Positions 28,848-38,827 are shown, counted from the stretch's first letter. The stretch is DNA of 64,000 bases from Candidatus Micrarchaeota archaeon (GCA_016194335.1 JACQBR010000008.1:864-64863); one strand, 5' to 3'. The notes: generated by a model from the sequence alone, not told the origin. Translations and numbers: made by a program.

Positions 28848-29354
28848 ATGGTGAAACTTATGCGTTCCAACAGGCCGGTAATCCGACTGGCGAGGGAGGA
28901 AGACCTGCCGGGCATTGCCGCGCTTGCCGGCGAGGCGCTTAGGTCCAAGGAGCTTTACCCCAAGCCCGCCGAATTTGAAGCCGCAGCCAAGGGCGAATCT
29001 AAAGGCATCCTCTTCTTCACCGCGCATCAGGGCGGCCGCGTGGTGGGCTCGTGCTCGGTGAATCTTTCCGGAGAAGAGCCGCAAGTGGGCCACGTTTTCA
29101 CCACCGCACAGCTTCGCGGGAAAGGCATCGCGACGCGCCTCTACCTCCACGCGTTCAGGCACGTTTTTGAAAAGCTGAAAAGGAAGTCGATCGTTCTCAA
29201 TATCAACATAGCCGACTTGGAAAGGCGGCAGAAGGCGAGGGAACGCTTCAAGGCGCTTGGTGCGGATATTGTTGGCGGCGAATTCGGCCACGTCCGCTAC
29301 ACCAAAGAGCAGTACGAAAAGTGGAGACTGGAGATGTCGGGCCGCCAATGGTAA
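28848..29354 (+). CDS. GNAT-family acetyltransferase
   Basis: IRLAREEDLP; VFT...LRGKGIATRL. Confidence 0.85.
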   Translation: MVKLMRSNRPVIRLAREEDLPGIAALAGEALRSKELYPKPAEFEAAAKGESKGILFFTAHQGGRVVGSCSVNLSGEEPQVGHVFTTAQLRGKGIATRLYLHAFRHVFEKLKRKSIVLNINIADLERRQKARERFKALGADIVGGEFGHVRYTKEQYEKWRLEMSGRQW

Positions 29355-29935
29355 AAATCCTTTTCGCAACTTCAAACGCAGGCAAGGTCCGCGAGGCGAG
29401 GTTTGCCCTTGCGCCCCTTGGAATTGGTGTGGAGCGGGTTGAGGTTGAGTTGCGCGAGGAGCAGGGCGAGAGCGTGGAGGAAGTGGCGAGGGCCAAGGCA
29501 ATCGACGCGTTTGAAATCGTGGGCCGGCCGGTTGCTGTTGAGGACACGGGCTTTTTCATAACGGCGTTCAAGGGGTTTCCAGGCGTCTATTCCAAGCCAG
29601 TGATGAAGGCAATCGGCAGGTCGGGGATTCTCAAATTGGTTGATGGGACGGACGGGAAGGCAGAATTCCGCACGGCAGTTGCGTTTGCGAAAAACCGGGC
29701 GGATGTGGAAATTTTTTCCGGAGCCGCGGCCGGCCGCGTTGCCGATGCGGCGATGGGGGAAAGCGCCGATTCGCTTCCCTACGACTCCCTTTTCATCCCC
29801 GCGGGCGCCCGAAAGACCTACGCGCAGATGGGCGAGGGGGAAAAGCTCTCCAACTCGTCGAGGGCAGTGGCTTTTAGAAAGCTGGGCGAGTTTATTCTAT
29901 CCGGAAAAAAAACCAGGGGATTTGAGTTGAAATGA
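29348..29935 (+). CDS. rdgB: Non-canonical purine NTP pyrophosphatase (RdgB/HAM1)
   Basis: FATSNAGK..E, EDTG, GFPG.YSK, YD..FIP, T.AQM. Confidence 0.92.
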   Translation: MVKILFATSNAGKVREARFALAPLGIGVERVEVELREEQGESVEEVARAKAIDAFEIVGRPVAVEDTGFFITAFKGFPGVYSKPVMKAIGRSGILKLVDGTDGKAEFRTAVAFAKNRADVEIFSGAAAGRVADAAMGESADSLPYDSLFIPAGARKTYAQMGEGEKLSNSSRAVAFRKLGEFILSGKKTRGFELK

Positions 29936-30261
29936 TTCGTGAAAAGAAAAGGTATCTCCTCATCAAGTTCGAGAGGGAAGGCGGCGTTGCGTTCAGCGCC
30001 GACGAGGCGAAGAAATGCCTCTACCAGGCAATCTTCTCCCTCTTGGGCGAGCAGGGAGCCGCACAGGCCCGCGCGTCGCTTGAGTCGTTTGACGAGAAGG
30101 GCCAACTCGGCATGGTCAAGTGCACCCTCGAGCCCCTCGACCGCGTGATTGCCGCCCTTGCGCTCAAGACGACTTTTGACGGGAAGCCCGTGGCGCTGAG
30201 GCTGCAGAAAATCAGCGGGATGGCGGGGAAGATCGCGGGAAAGAGAGGGCGGTTGCCCTGA
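29932..30261 (+). CDS. rnp2: RNase P protein Pop5/Rpp14
   Basis: REKKRYL, L.GE.G, ISG. Confidence 0.88.
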   Translation: MIREKKRYLLIKFEREGGVAFSADEAKKCLYQAIFSLLGEQGAAQARASLESFDEKGQLGMVKCTLEPLDRVIAALALKTTFDGKPVALRLQKISGMAGKIAGKRGRLP

Positions 30262-30470
30262 AACCCAACGGGCGGGAAATGGCCTCTGCGCAAAAAAGTG
30301 CCAAAAGTTCCCCGATGTTTTCAGCACCTTTTTATACCCTTCCGCCCCGTAATCTTGTTGTAAAGAGACAAGAGATTCGCAAGCTTCCCGGACTGCGCGC
30401 CGGGCTTGTTGTGGCTTTAATAATTTGCAGTGATTAACGCTTTGAGAACTTGCTTGAGGGTGGTCTAGTT

Positions 30471-31184
30471 ATGTATCCAATGTCCCAGTCAGCTTACGAC
30501 AGGACGATTACGGTCTTCTCGCCCGACGGCAGGCTTTTCCAGGTGGAATACGCCCGCGAGGCGGTCAAGACCGGCAGCACGAGCATCGGAATCATCTGCG
30601 CCGACGGCATCGTGATGGCCGCGCACAAGCGCATCGCCTCGCCCCTCGTGGTGGGCGATTCGCACGAGAAGATTTTCCAGGTGGACTCCCACATTGCCGC
30701 CGCATCAAGCGGGCTGGTGGCCGACGCGCGCAAGCTCGTCGACTTCGCCCGGCTCACTGCCCAGCGCCACCGGCTGCTTTACGACGAGCCGATGCAGGCC
30801 GACGCGATTGCCAAGGACGTTGGCGACCACATCCAGTTTTTCACCCAATATGCGGGCGTGCGGCCTTACGGCGTGTCGCTGCTCATTGCGGGGGTGAACA
30901 GCGAGCCGAGGCTTTTTGAGACCGACCCGTCGGGGGCGCTTTTCGAATACAAGGCAACGGCGATAGGCGCGGGGAAAAAGGCGGTTGACGAGATGCTCGA
31001 GAAGGAGTACAAGGACGGCATGACCATGGACGATGGCGTGGCGTTTTGCGTAAAGGCCTTGCGCAAGGTCGTTGAGCAGAAGCTTTCCCCAAAGATAGTC
31101 GACATCGCAAAAATCCCGCTCAAGACCAGGAAGGTGGAACTCCTCACGCAACAGGAGGTTTCGAAGTTCATAGGCGAAAAGTAG
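30471..31184 (+). CDS. psmA: Proteasome subunit alpha
   Basis: YDRTITVFSPDGRLFQVEYA, RPYGVSLL. Confidence 0.98.
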   Translation: MYPMSQSAYDRTITVFSPDGRLFQVEYAREAVKTGSTSIGIICADGIVMAAHKRIASPLVVGDSHEKIFQVDSHIAAASSGLVADARKLVDFARLTAQRHRLLYDEPMQADAIAKDVGDHIQFFTQYAGVRPYGVSLLIAGVNSEPRLFETDPSGALFEYKATAIGAGKKAVDEMLEKEYKDGMTMDDGVAFCVKALRKVVEQKLSPKIVDIAKIPLKTRKVELLTQQEVSKFIGEK

Positions 31185-31205
31185 TTTTTCTTCAAGTGAG
31201 ACAAA

Positions 31206-31895
31206 TTGCCGGGAATTGAAAACACCATTGTCGCTCGGTTGGAGAAGGGCGGCGACCGGTTCGAACTGCTCGTCGACCCAAAGCTTTCCTACGAGTACAA
31301 GACGGGCGCGAAAAAGGACCTCGCGAATGTCCTACTGGTGGATGAGGTTTTCAAGGACGCGCAGCGCGGCGAGAGGCAGTCGCCTTCCGAAATCAGGAAA
31401 GTGTTCGGCACCCTTGAGATAAACGAGATTGCGAGGAGGATTTTTTCCGACGGGGAATTGCAGCTCACCACCGACCAGAGGAGGAAGGTGCTGGAGGAGA
31501 AGAGGCTCAAGATCATAGATCTGATATGCAGGAACTGCGTGGACCCCCGCACGAAGGCGCCGCACCCCCCCGCCCGCGTTGAGAAGGCCCTTGACGAGGC
31601 GCGCTTCACCCCGCAGGCCTTCAAGAGCGCAGAGGAGCAGATGGAGGACGCAATCGAGTCGATTAGGGAAATCATTCCCATCTCGATGGAAAAGGCGCGC
31701 ATTGCCGTGAAGGTGCCCGGGCAGTACGCTCCCAAGTGCTACGGGATGCTCAAGGAATACGGAATCAGGCAGGAGGAGTGGCTCTCCGACGGCTCGCTTG
31801 CCGCGATTGTTGAAATGCCTGCGGGAATCACGTCGCAGTTTTTCGACAGGCTCAACAAGCTCACCGGCGCGACGGCGCAGACCAAGTCGCTTTGA
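31206..31895 (+). CDS. Ribosome maturation protein SBDS/Sdo1
   Basis: ARL...G.RFE.LVDP, QLT..QR, DPRT..PHPP.R. Confidence 0.95.
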   Translation: MPGIENTIVARLEKGGDRFELLVDPKLSYEYKTGAKKDLANVLLVDEVFKDAQRGERQSPSEIRKVFGTLEINEIARRIFSDGELQLTTDQRRKVLEEKRLKIIDLICRNCVDPRTKAPHPPARVEKALDEARFTPQAFKSAEEQMEDAIESIREIIPISMEKARIAVKVPGQYAPKCYGMLKEYGIRQEEWLSDGSLAAIVEMPAGITSQFFDRLNKLTGATAQTKSL

Positions 31896-31993
31896 TCAAA
31901 GCGGATTGATTTGAGGAAAGATTGTTCTTGGGACTTTTTGCCGGTTGCAAAGTCGCTTTGACAAGTCATGGGCTTTGCATTGGTGTGGATTGG

Positions 31994-32090
31994 ATTGGGT
32001 TTAAAAAAAATTTAAAGAAATTGGGTTTAAAAAAAATTTAAAGATTGGGTCTGGAAAATTTAGGGAATTGGATTCTAAAAAATTCAAAAA
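31994..32090. repeat. AT-rich ~25-nt tandem repeat
   Basis: ATTGGGTTTAAAAAAAATTTAAAGA twice (31994, 32020) plus two degenerate copies. Confidence 0.8.
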
Positions 32091-32145
32091 TTTATTGGCA
32101 TCGCGTTCGCGTCGTTCTGAAATCATAGGGAGTTGAAGCCAACTA

Positions 32146-32811
32146 ATGGAATCAGTTGATTTTAATGAAAATGGGGAGCAGGCTCCGGCCGGGCGCGTGC
32201 AGCGCGAGCCGGGCCGCATCGTCCTTCCCGGCGAGATGGTGGCGGACCGCCCCACCGACATGGAGGGGTGCTTCGTGGCAGCGGGCAGGACCTACGTGGG
32301 GGTAATAAGCCTCCTGCGCGAGGGCAAGGTCATCCCCCTCAAGGGCCATTACCTTCCCACGCCGGGCGATTACGTCGTTGGAATCGTCACGGAAGAGCGC
32401 TTTTCGGGCTACAACATCGACCTGCATTCCGCTTACGAGGGGACTTTCTCCACCCGCGACGTGCGCGAGGAATTCAAGGTCGGCGAGGTCATCAGCGCCA
32501 AGATTCTCGACGTGAACGAGGTTAACGAGGCGACGCTTGGCGAGCCGCGCAAGTTCTCCGGCGGGCAGCTTCTCGAGGTGGATTTCGTGAAGGTCCCGCG
32601 CATCATCGGCCGCGGGGGAAGCATGCTGGAGATGATCCGCAGCTACACGGGGACGGACTTGTTCATCGGGAAGAACGGCCGCATCTACATGCGGGGCGGC
32701 AACACCGCGCTTGCCACGCTTGCAATCCTCAAGATAGACCGCGAGGCCCACGTGCAGGGGCTCACCGACCGGCTCAAGGAATTCCTCGAGGTCGAGAGCA
32801 AGCGCGCGTAG
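32146..32811 (+). CDS. rrp4: Exosome RNA-binding subunit Rrp4
   Basis: VLPGE, VIPLKG.Y.P..GD, KVPRIIG..GSM, G.NGRI. Confidence 0.93.
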   Translation: MESVDFNENGEQAPAGRVQREPGRIVLPGEMVADRPTDMEGCFVAAGRTYVGVISLLREGKVIPLKGHYLPTPGDYVVGIVTEERFSGYNIDLHSAYEGTFSTRDVREEFKVGEVISAKILDVNEVNEATLGEPRKFSGGQLLEVDFVKVPRIIGRGGSMLEMIRSYTGTDLFIGKNGRIYMRGGNTALATLAILKIDREAHVQGLTDRLKEFLEVESKRA

Positions 32812-32866
32812 GATGAAGTGGGTTACGGAATTGTGTTTGAAGAAAATTTGGAAGTGATTTTGAAAA

Positions 32867-33616
32867 ATGGCAGGAAACAACAACAATCCCAACAAGCCCA
32901 AGCTCCGCGACGGCGGAAGGCGCATCAGCGGCCGCGGCGACGACGAGCTGCGCCCGATGAGCATCGAGGTGGGGCCCATGGTGCGGCCGGAGGGAAGCGC
33001 TATTGTCAACTGGGGCCGCAACAAGGTCCTTGCGGCGGTGTACGGCCCGCGCGAGGTTTTCCCCAAGCACCTCACCGACCCGCACAAGGCGCTGATAAAC
33101 GCCCGTTACATAATGGCGCCGTTCTCGGGCCAGGAGGAGCACGGCAGGGCCGGGCCCAACCGCAGGAGCATCGAAGTCTCCAAGGTCATCAAGCACGTTT
33201 TTGAAAACAACGTCCTTGTCCATTCGTTCCCCAAGACCACCGTTGACCTCATGCTCGAGGTGCTCCAGAGCGACGGGGGCACGCGCGTTTCGGCAATCAA
33301 CGCCGCTTCAGTGGCCCTCGTGGACGCGGGCATCCCCATCCGGGACATCGTGAGCGCGGTTTCGGTTGGCAAGGCCGACGGGAAGATGGTGGTTGACCTC
33401 GACAAGGACGAGGACAATTGGGGGGAGAGCGACATGCCCCTGGCGTTCAGCGTCCGCACGGGCGAGATGCTGCTTTTCCAGATGGACGGCATGCTCACCA
33501 TCGAGGAGCTCTCAACCGGCATTGACCTGGGTTTCGAGGCGGCCAAAAAGGTGCGCGCCATCCAGACTGACGCGCTTGTGAGGAAATACGCCATTCCAGG
33601 GGAGTCGGCGCAATAA
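32867..33616 (+). CDS. rrp41: Exosome exonuclease Rrp41
   Basis: ELRP, AAVYGPRE, MAPFS, RRSIE.SK, LQSDGGTR, DMP. Confidence 0.96.
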   Translation: MAGNNNNPNKPKLRDGGRRISGRGDDELRPMSIEVGPMVRPEGSAIVNWGRNKVLAAVYGPREVFPKHLTDPHKALINARYIMAPFSGQEEHGRAGPNRRSIEVSKVIKHVFENNVLVHSFPKTTVDLMLEVLQSDGGTRVSAINAASVALVDAGIPIRDIVSAVSVGKADGKMVVDLDKDEDNWGESDMPLAFSVRTGEMLLFQMDGMLTIEELSTGIDLGFEAAKKVRAIQTDALVRKYAIPGESAQ

Positions 33617-33691
33617 TCCATTCCGATTGGAAGTTCGGCAAATTGTTTTTTGCGGATAATTGTTTTTGACTGAAGAGAGTGATGCTGAGAA

Positions 33692-34486
33692 ATGGACATG
33701 GACAAGATGATTTTGGAGCAGGTCAAGGAAGAGTACGTCAAGGAGCTTCTCAAGGCAGGCAAGCGCACCGACGGCCGGGCGCTGGACCAATACCGCGAGA
33801 TTTCCGTCACGAAAGGCTATTTGAGAAACGCCGAAGGCAGCGCCCTCGCGTGCATCGGCGCCACGAAGGTGCTTGCGGGAGTGAAGTTTGACATGCTCGA
33901 GCCGTTTGCCGACAGGCCCGCCGAGGGCGTGGTGATGGTGAACTGCGAGTTTTCCCCCGCGGCCCATCCCGGTTTCAACCCCGGCCCGCCTGACGAGAAC
34001 AGCATCGAGCTCGCGCGCGTGGTTGACAGGGGCATCCGCAGTGCCGAGGCGGTTGACGTTGCGGCACTCGGTGCGACGGGCTCGCCAGACGGCAAGGTGC
34101 TTGGCGTCTTCATCGACCTCTACGTGCTTGACCACTCCGGAAACCTCACCGACTGCGCCGCGCTCGCCGCGATGGCCGCGCTCAAGGACGCCAAGGTCCC
34201 CCAACTCAAGGCAGGCAAGATCGTGCGCGGCTCTGACGCCGGAAGGCTCTCCCTGCGCCGCAACGTGGTCACCTGCACTTTCGAGAACGTGGCGGGCAGC
34301 TACCTTCTCGACGCCAATTTCGAGGAGGAAGTGGCCAGCGACGGCAGGCTCACCATCGGCGTGAGCGACGACGGGTTCGTCTGCGCGGGGCAGAAAAGCG
34401 GCGCGGCGTCGATAACCAAGGACGCCCTGCTCGGCCTTGCGCGGGCGACGATGAAAAAGAGCGGGGAACTGTTCGCCCACATTTGA
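33692..34486 (+). CDS. rrp42: Exosome subunit Rrp42
   Basis: R.DGR...YR, AEGSA, GPPDENSIELARVVDRGIR, QKSG. Confidence 0.96.
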   Translation: MDMDKMILEQVKEEYVKELLKAGKRTDGRALDQYREISVTKGYLRNAEGSALACIGATKVLAGVKFDMLEPFADRPAEGVVMVNCEFSPAAHPGFNPGPPDENSIELARVVDRGIRSAEAVDVAALGATGSPDGKVLGVFIDLYVLDHSGNLTDCAALAAMAALKDAKVPQLKAGKIVRGSDAGRLSLRRNVVTCTFENVAGSYLLDANFEEEVASDGRLTIGVSDDGFVCAGQKSGAASITKDALLGLARATMKKSGELFAHI

Positions 34487-34542
34487 ATTTTTATTTTCAG
34501 TGCATATTGGTTGCAACTTGAACAACAGGAGTTGAAGGAGAA

Positions 34543-34785
34543 ATGGTTTCACGCTACGGTGTCAAGACAAGGAAGCTCCACGCGGCCGCGGTGCGCACTT
34601 CTCGCGCCAAGCACGCCTGCCCCAAGTGCGGCAAGCGCAGCGTGAGGCGCGACGGCTATGCCGTGTGGCACTGCCTCTCGTGCAAGGTGCGATTCGCCGG
34701 CGGGGCCTACTCGCCCGAAACGATGGTAGGCGCGGCCGCCAAGAGGGCACTGAGGCAGGCGCCGGCCGTTTCGAAGGAAGAGTAA
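34543..34785 (+). CDS. rpl37ae: 50S ribosomal protein L37ae/eL43
   Basis: RYG...RK, CPKCGK, W.C..C...FAGGAY. Confidence 0.95.
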   Translation: MVSRYGVKTRKLHAAAVRTSRAKHACPKCGKRSVRRDGYAVWHCLSCKVRFAGGAYSPETMVGAAAKRALRQAPAVSKEE

Positions 34786-34860
34786 TTTCCTTTATTTTCT
34801 GAACTTGAGTTTCCCTTTATTTCCTGGATTTGAAGAACTGGGGGGGGCGCTTAGGGAATA

Positions 34861-35724
34861 ATGCGTGCTGATTTCGTCACTTTCCGCGCCTTCCTTCCGG
34901 ACAAGTCGCTTGTTTTGCACAGCGACGGCAATGGTGCCGCGCAGGTCGTCGCGGGCGCGATGCACGCGGCGCTTGAGCTTTCCTACGAGTTTTCACCCCT
35001 TGACGCCAAAGGCATCGGGCAATGGGCGCAAAAGGACGCCCAGGCCATCCGCACCGCCTCGGATTTTGCTTCAGTAATCAGGTCAAAGAAGCAGGCGGCA
35101 CTCGAACAGCAGCTTTCCCAATTCGTCAGCCTGCCTTCCGCTGCCCCGGACGCGAATGCCGAAAATTACAAGGCGTCCAAGGCGAGCCCGGTTGAATTTG
35201 CATTCTCGTGCTGCCTCAATTCCCTTGCCGATCCCATGTTCCCCCCGCGTAGAGTTGCGTGGTCCGGGCCCGGCGGCGAAAGGAGCGAAGTGCGCCTGGC
35301 GGCGAACATTTCCGGCTGGATGGCGGTGAAGAAGGCCGACGCGGAAAAGGCCGGGCGCAGGGAAGTGATGGCCGCGTGCGCGGGCATTTTCGAATCGTGC
35401 AGGAGAAAGCTTCCACACCTGCTTTGCGGCGATGCGAAAATTGCGGAGTACGAATCCGCCCTCGACGCCTTCCTCTCCAAATTCCCGGAACGCAAGTCGT
35501 TCTCGCGGCTTCCCGAAATTCTTGAATCCGCAGATAGGGAGAAGATTGCGGACAAGCTCGAGGCCATTTCAGGCTCTCCCCTTGCCCGCGAGCTTTTCTA
35601 CTACGAATGCTTCTCCCGCGCCGGCTTCACCCCGTTCATCCAGCAGGAAACCATCGGCCTGGTGTATCCCGAACTCAAGATTCCAAAACCGCGCGGCAAT
35701 TTCGGGAAGAAGAAAAGGAAGTAG
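34861..35724 (+). CDS. DUF2666-like archaeal protein
   Basis: W..VKK and C-terminal YPELKIPKPRG. Confidence 0.6.
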   Translation: MRADFVTFRAFLPDKSLVLHSDGNGAAQVVAGAMHAALELSYEFSPLDAKGIGQWAQKDAQAIRTASDFASVIRSKKQAALEQQLSQFVSLPSAAPDANAENYKASKASPVEFAFSCCLNSLADPMFPPRRVAWSGPGGERSEVRLAANISGWMAVKKADAEKAGRREVMAACAGIFESCRRKLPHLLCGDAKIAEYESALDAFLSKFPERKSFSRLPEILESADREKIADKLEAISGSPLARELFYYECFSRAGFTPFIQQETIGLVYPELKIPKPRGNFGKKKRK

Positions 35725-35815
35725 ATGCCAAAAGCCGCCGGCTATTCTTTCCGCTTCAGACTCCCCTAATTTTAACATCCTCCATCCACTATAATTCACG
35801 CCATTACTTCAGGGC

Positions 35816-35888
35816 GGGGGATTGGGGTAGCCTGGCATCCTACCAGCTTTGGGAGCTGGTGACCTGAGTTCGAATCTCAGATCCCCCA
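35816..35888 (+). tRNA. tRNA-Pro(TGG)
   Basis: GGGGGAT/ATCCCCC acceptor stem, CCAGC-TTTGGGA-GCTGG anticodon arm, GTTCGAATC T-loop. Confidence 0.96.
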
Positions 35889-36080
35889 CTAAACCTTTTC
35901 TGCGGTGCTCCTCACTTCGTTCGTCCGCCCCTTGAAACGCGGCGTGAAGCAAGCAAATTAAAGCGGAGTTTCAGATACTCTTGCTTCACACCGCGAAGCT
36001 TTACCAGAAGCTGCGATGAAGAAAAGCCCTTGGGGAAAAGAAAGAACAATTTTTTTTACGAAAAGAATTTTTTTGACAGG

Positions 36081-36527
36081 ATGTCGATTCTCTTGGACGT
36101 TGACCTTGCGAAAGTGAATTTCCGCGCGACTTCCTGCGACGCGATTGTCGTTGAGGCTGGGAGGGTTCTCCTTGCCAGGCGGAAGTTCCCCCCGTTTGCC
36201 GGCTTCTACTGCCTTCCCGGCGGGAGGGTTGACCGGAACGAGACGACCCGGCAGTGCGTGCTTCGCGAGCTTTTTGAAGAGACGGGCCTGAAGGGGAAGG
36301 TCGTGAGGATGCTCGGGGTTTACGACGAGCCCGGCCGTGACGAGCGGCAGACTATAGCCGTGGCGTTCATCGTGGAGCTTGAAAAGGGCCAGTCGCCACT
36401 GAATGAGACGAAAGAAACCGAGGGCATCGCGTTCTTTCCTCTTGACGCCCTTCCAGAAAAAATCGCTTTCGACCACCGCAGGATGATTGCCGACGCTGCG
36501 GGGGCTGACGGCTTATATAGAGATTAA
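36081..36527 (+). CDS. NUDIX hydrolase
   Basis: LPGG.V...ET...C..REL.EETGL Nudix box. Confidence 0.93.
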   Translation: MSILLDVDLAKVNFRATSCDAIVVEAGRVLLARRKFPPFAGFYCLPGGRVDRNETTRQCVLRELFEETGLKGKVVRMLGVYDEPGRDERQTIAVAFIVELEKGQSPLNETKETEGIAFFPLDALPEKIAFDHRRMIADAAGADGLYRD

Positions 36528-36556
36528 GGCAAAAAAACCCTGCAGGCAGTATATTC

Positions 36557-38218
36557 CTACTTCCTGCCATCCTGCAGCTTTTCAATCGGCACTTCCGTGT
36601 TTGCCTTTGTGCGTGCCGCGTCGCGGTTTGCCTTGAGCTTGCGCAGGAGGGTAAATCCGCCCGCGAGCGCTGCGAGGATGAGGATGACTCCCGCAATGAG
36701 CGTGAGGTCGATTTCGTTCTCGCGGCCCCGGAGGGAAACGAGCCGCGTGGAGAGGGCGGTTGCGTTCTGGCCCGCATTCTTGAACTGTTCGGCGGTGACG
36801 GGCCGGGCGGACTTGAGGTCCTGCTCGCTGAGCTGGAACGACTCGCGCAGTTGGGTGACCTGCTTCCGCATTTCGGCAACGCGCGGGTCGTTGGTGCCGA
36901 ATTTCTTCGTGGCGGTGGCGAGCGTCGCGGAGGCGTTGTTGATTGCGGATAGCGAGGCGGAGTAGTCGGCCAGGACTGCATTCTGGCTTTCGTAAGCGAG
37001 GGACGCGTCCGTTATTGCCTTGTCCGCGTCGGCAGCTGCGGTCGCGACGATGCTGGCGTTGGTCTGGTTGCCTATCGCGCCCAGCTTGGCGCGGGCGTCG
37101 GCGACTTTCTTGCCCAATCCCGGCAGGTCCATGTTCCTGTTGGCCTTCTTGAACGAGGAGGAGAGCCGTGCGTAATTGGCTTCAAGCGCGGCCACCTTGC
37201 CCTCCCTAAGCGCGGTTGCCTTCCTTATCGAGGCGGGAAGCGTCCTGCCCGCAGTGAAGGAGAGGATTGCATTTCCTATTGCTTGGGCGTTGGGGAACGA
37301 CGAGCCGGCGCTGGCCTGGCTGTCGATGTTGCCCATCGCGTTCACGTCGATGTTGCACCTGCCGAGCCCGCCGTCGTGGGCGAATTCGTATTGCGTGAGC
37401 ATCGAGGAGTGTGCCGAGTTGAACTGGTCGTAACCCGCCTTGAACGAGGTGATGTTGGACTTGATGTCTGAAAGTATGGGCGTTAGGCCTCCGACAGACG
37501 CCTGCTGGAATTCCCCGTCGAGGTCGGCAACGCGGCTGTTGATGTTGCGGAGGGAGCCGTTCATGGATGCGAATCCGGAGTTTATGGCGGCCTTTGCGGG
37601 GCCTATTGCCACCGAGAGGTTGAGGATGGAGCTCAGGTCGGTTGAATAGATGAGGGAGCACAGCCACGCCCTGCCGGCAGCGAGGATGAAGCAGAAGCTG
37701 CCCCGGTTGCCCTGGGTGAAGTTGTAGTAAACCTGGCTGCAGTAGTCCGTGCTGGACTTGAGGGAAGCGTAGTTGGTCTTTATCGCGTCAAGGTTGGCTT
37801 GCTTGAACGGGATGTCAAGCTGCGAAACGTATGCGGGGACTGCCGCGTTGATGTCCGAAAGCGTCGTGAGGGCGTTTTCGTTCTCGTCAAAGACGATTGC
37901 CTCGCTCCCGCCCACCTTCACCAGCGTGTATTTCCTGCCCCCCGCCGTGACGGGAACCTTTTCGGGCGTCTCGCCGGAGTTGAGGTAATAGCCTATTTCC
38001 GCATCCACGCCGGTGAGCGCGGGCTTTGCGGGGGTTGCGTTCACCGTGGCATTGCCGCCCGTTGGGGGTGCGCCCGCGGTCGCGTTTGCCGAGGCGTTAA
38101 GGGCGGCGCTGCCCGAAGCGTTTGCCGAGGCGGAACCGTTGGCCAGCGCCGAGGCAAAACCCGCGCTTAGCAGCAGGAACATCAACGGGAGGAGCAAAGC
38201 CTTCCTGGCAAAAAGCAT
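36557..38218 (-). CDS. Secreted, C-terminally anchored helical surface protein
   Basis: Signal peptide, NAS/NAT sequon repeats, Ala-rich coiled coils, C-terminal TM plus basic tail. Confidence 0.75.
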   Translation of the reverse strand: MLFARKALLLPLMFLLLSAGFASALANGSASANASGSAALNASANATAGAPPTGGNATVNATPAKPALTGVDAEIGYYLNSGETPEKVPVTAGGRKYTLVKVGGSEAIVFDENENALTTLSDINAAVPAYVSQLDIPFKQANLDAIKTNYASLKSSTDYCSQVYYNFTQGNRGSFCFILAAGRAWLCSLIYSTDLSSILNLSVAIGPAKAAINSGFASMNGSLRNINSRVADLDGEFQQASVGGLTPILSDIKSNITSFKAGYDQFNSAHSSMLTQYEFAHDGGLGRCNIDVNAMGNIDSQASAGSSFPNAQAIGNAILSFTAGRTLPASIRKATALREGKVAALEANYARLSSSFKKANRNMDLPGLGKKVADARAKLGAIGNQTNASIVATAAADADKAITDASLAYESQNAVLADYSASLSAINNASATLATATKKFGTNDPRVAEMRKQVTQLRESFQLSEQDLKSARPVTAEQFKNAGQNATALSTRLVSLRGRENEIDLTLIAGVILILAALAGGFTLLRKLKANRDAARTKANTEVPIEKLQDGRK

Positions 38219-38272
38219 GAAATAAATAGGCTTCTTCTTTTAAAATAGTGATATACGCGACATGCGCGACCC

Positions 38273-38399
38273 CCCGCTGTAGCTCAATCTGGCAGAGCAC
38301 CTGACTGTAGCCAAAAAGCGCGCTTGCACGAATGCGATGAATGCAAGCCAGTCCTCGTCAGAAATCAGGGTGTTGGGAGTTCAAATCTCCCCAGCGGGA
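38273..38399 (+). tRNA. tRNA-Tyr(GTA) with 53-nt intron at 37/38 (38311-38363)
   Basis: CCCGCTG/CAGCGGG acceptor; CCTGA-CT-GTA-G...A-TCAGG; relaxed BHB (CUGU/UCAG helix, AAA bulge). Confidence 0.93.
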
Positions 38400-38470
38400 C
38401 CTTTTTTGTCAATAAGCCGGCTGGTTTCTTGGCCGAATTCCTTTTTCCCAAGGCATTTGCTTGAGCCGCC

Positions 38471-38750
38471 TTAAGTCTTGTCCTTCCTGAATGGGGCGCC
38501 GATTGTTCCGTTGCGTGTTTCTTCAAAGGTTGGCGGGTTTGAAACCACTTGTGTCAAGTCGCGGTTCCGTCTTTCCTCGTGTAACAGGAGCCTTGCTTCG
38601 AACGAACTTTCCTCCAAGCTTGTTGAAAGCGGCTTGAGTTTTTCTTCAATCAGTTCATAGTCGGGCTTTATCCCGTTTTCCAGAAGGTATGCCAAGTCGC
38701 AGGCGTCACGCGGCTTTGGCCGGTGGTAGATGGCGCGTATTTTTTTGATT
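38471..38750 (-). pseudogene. C-terminal remnant of an AbiEii-type nucleotidyltransferase toxin
   Basis: KKIRAIYHRPKPRDACDLAYLL matches the AbiEii K..A...R...RD.YD motif; N-terminus absent. Confidence 0.65.
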
Positions 38751-38827
38751 CTTTATTGCGAAAGTTAGCTTAAGTCCTCTCCGGAACCCAACTTTTTTCC
38801 GGTTCACCCAGTGTGGCCTTTGCCGAT

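Noticed and set aside
38311..38363. Box C/D guide RNA inside the tRNA-Tyr intron
   Set aside because: Only a partial C-box-like GATGA is present and there is no CTGA D box.
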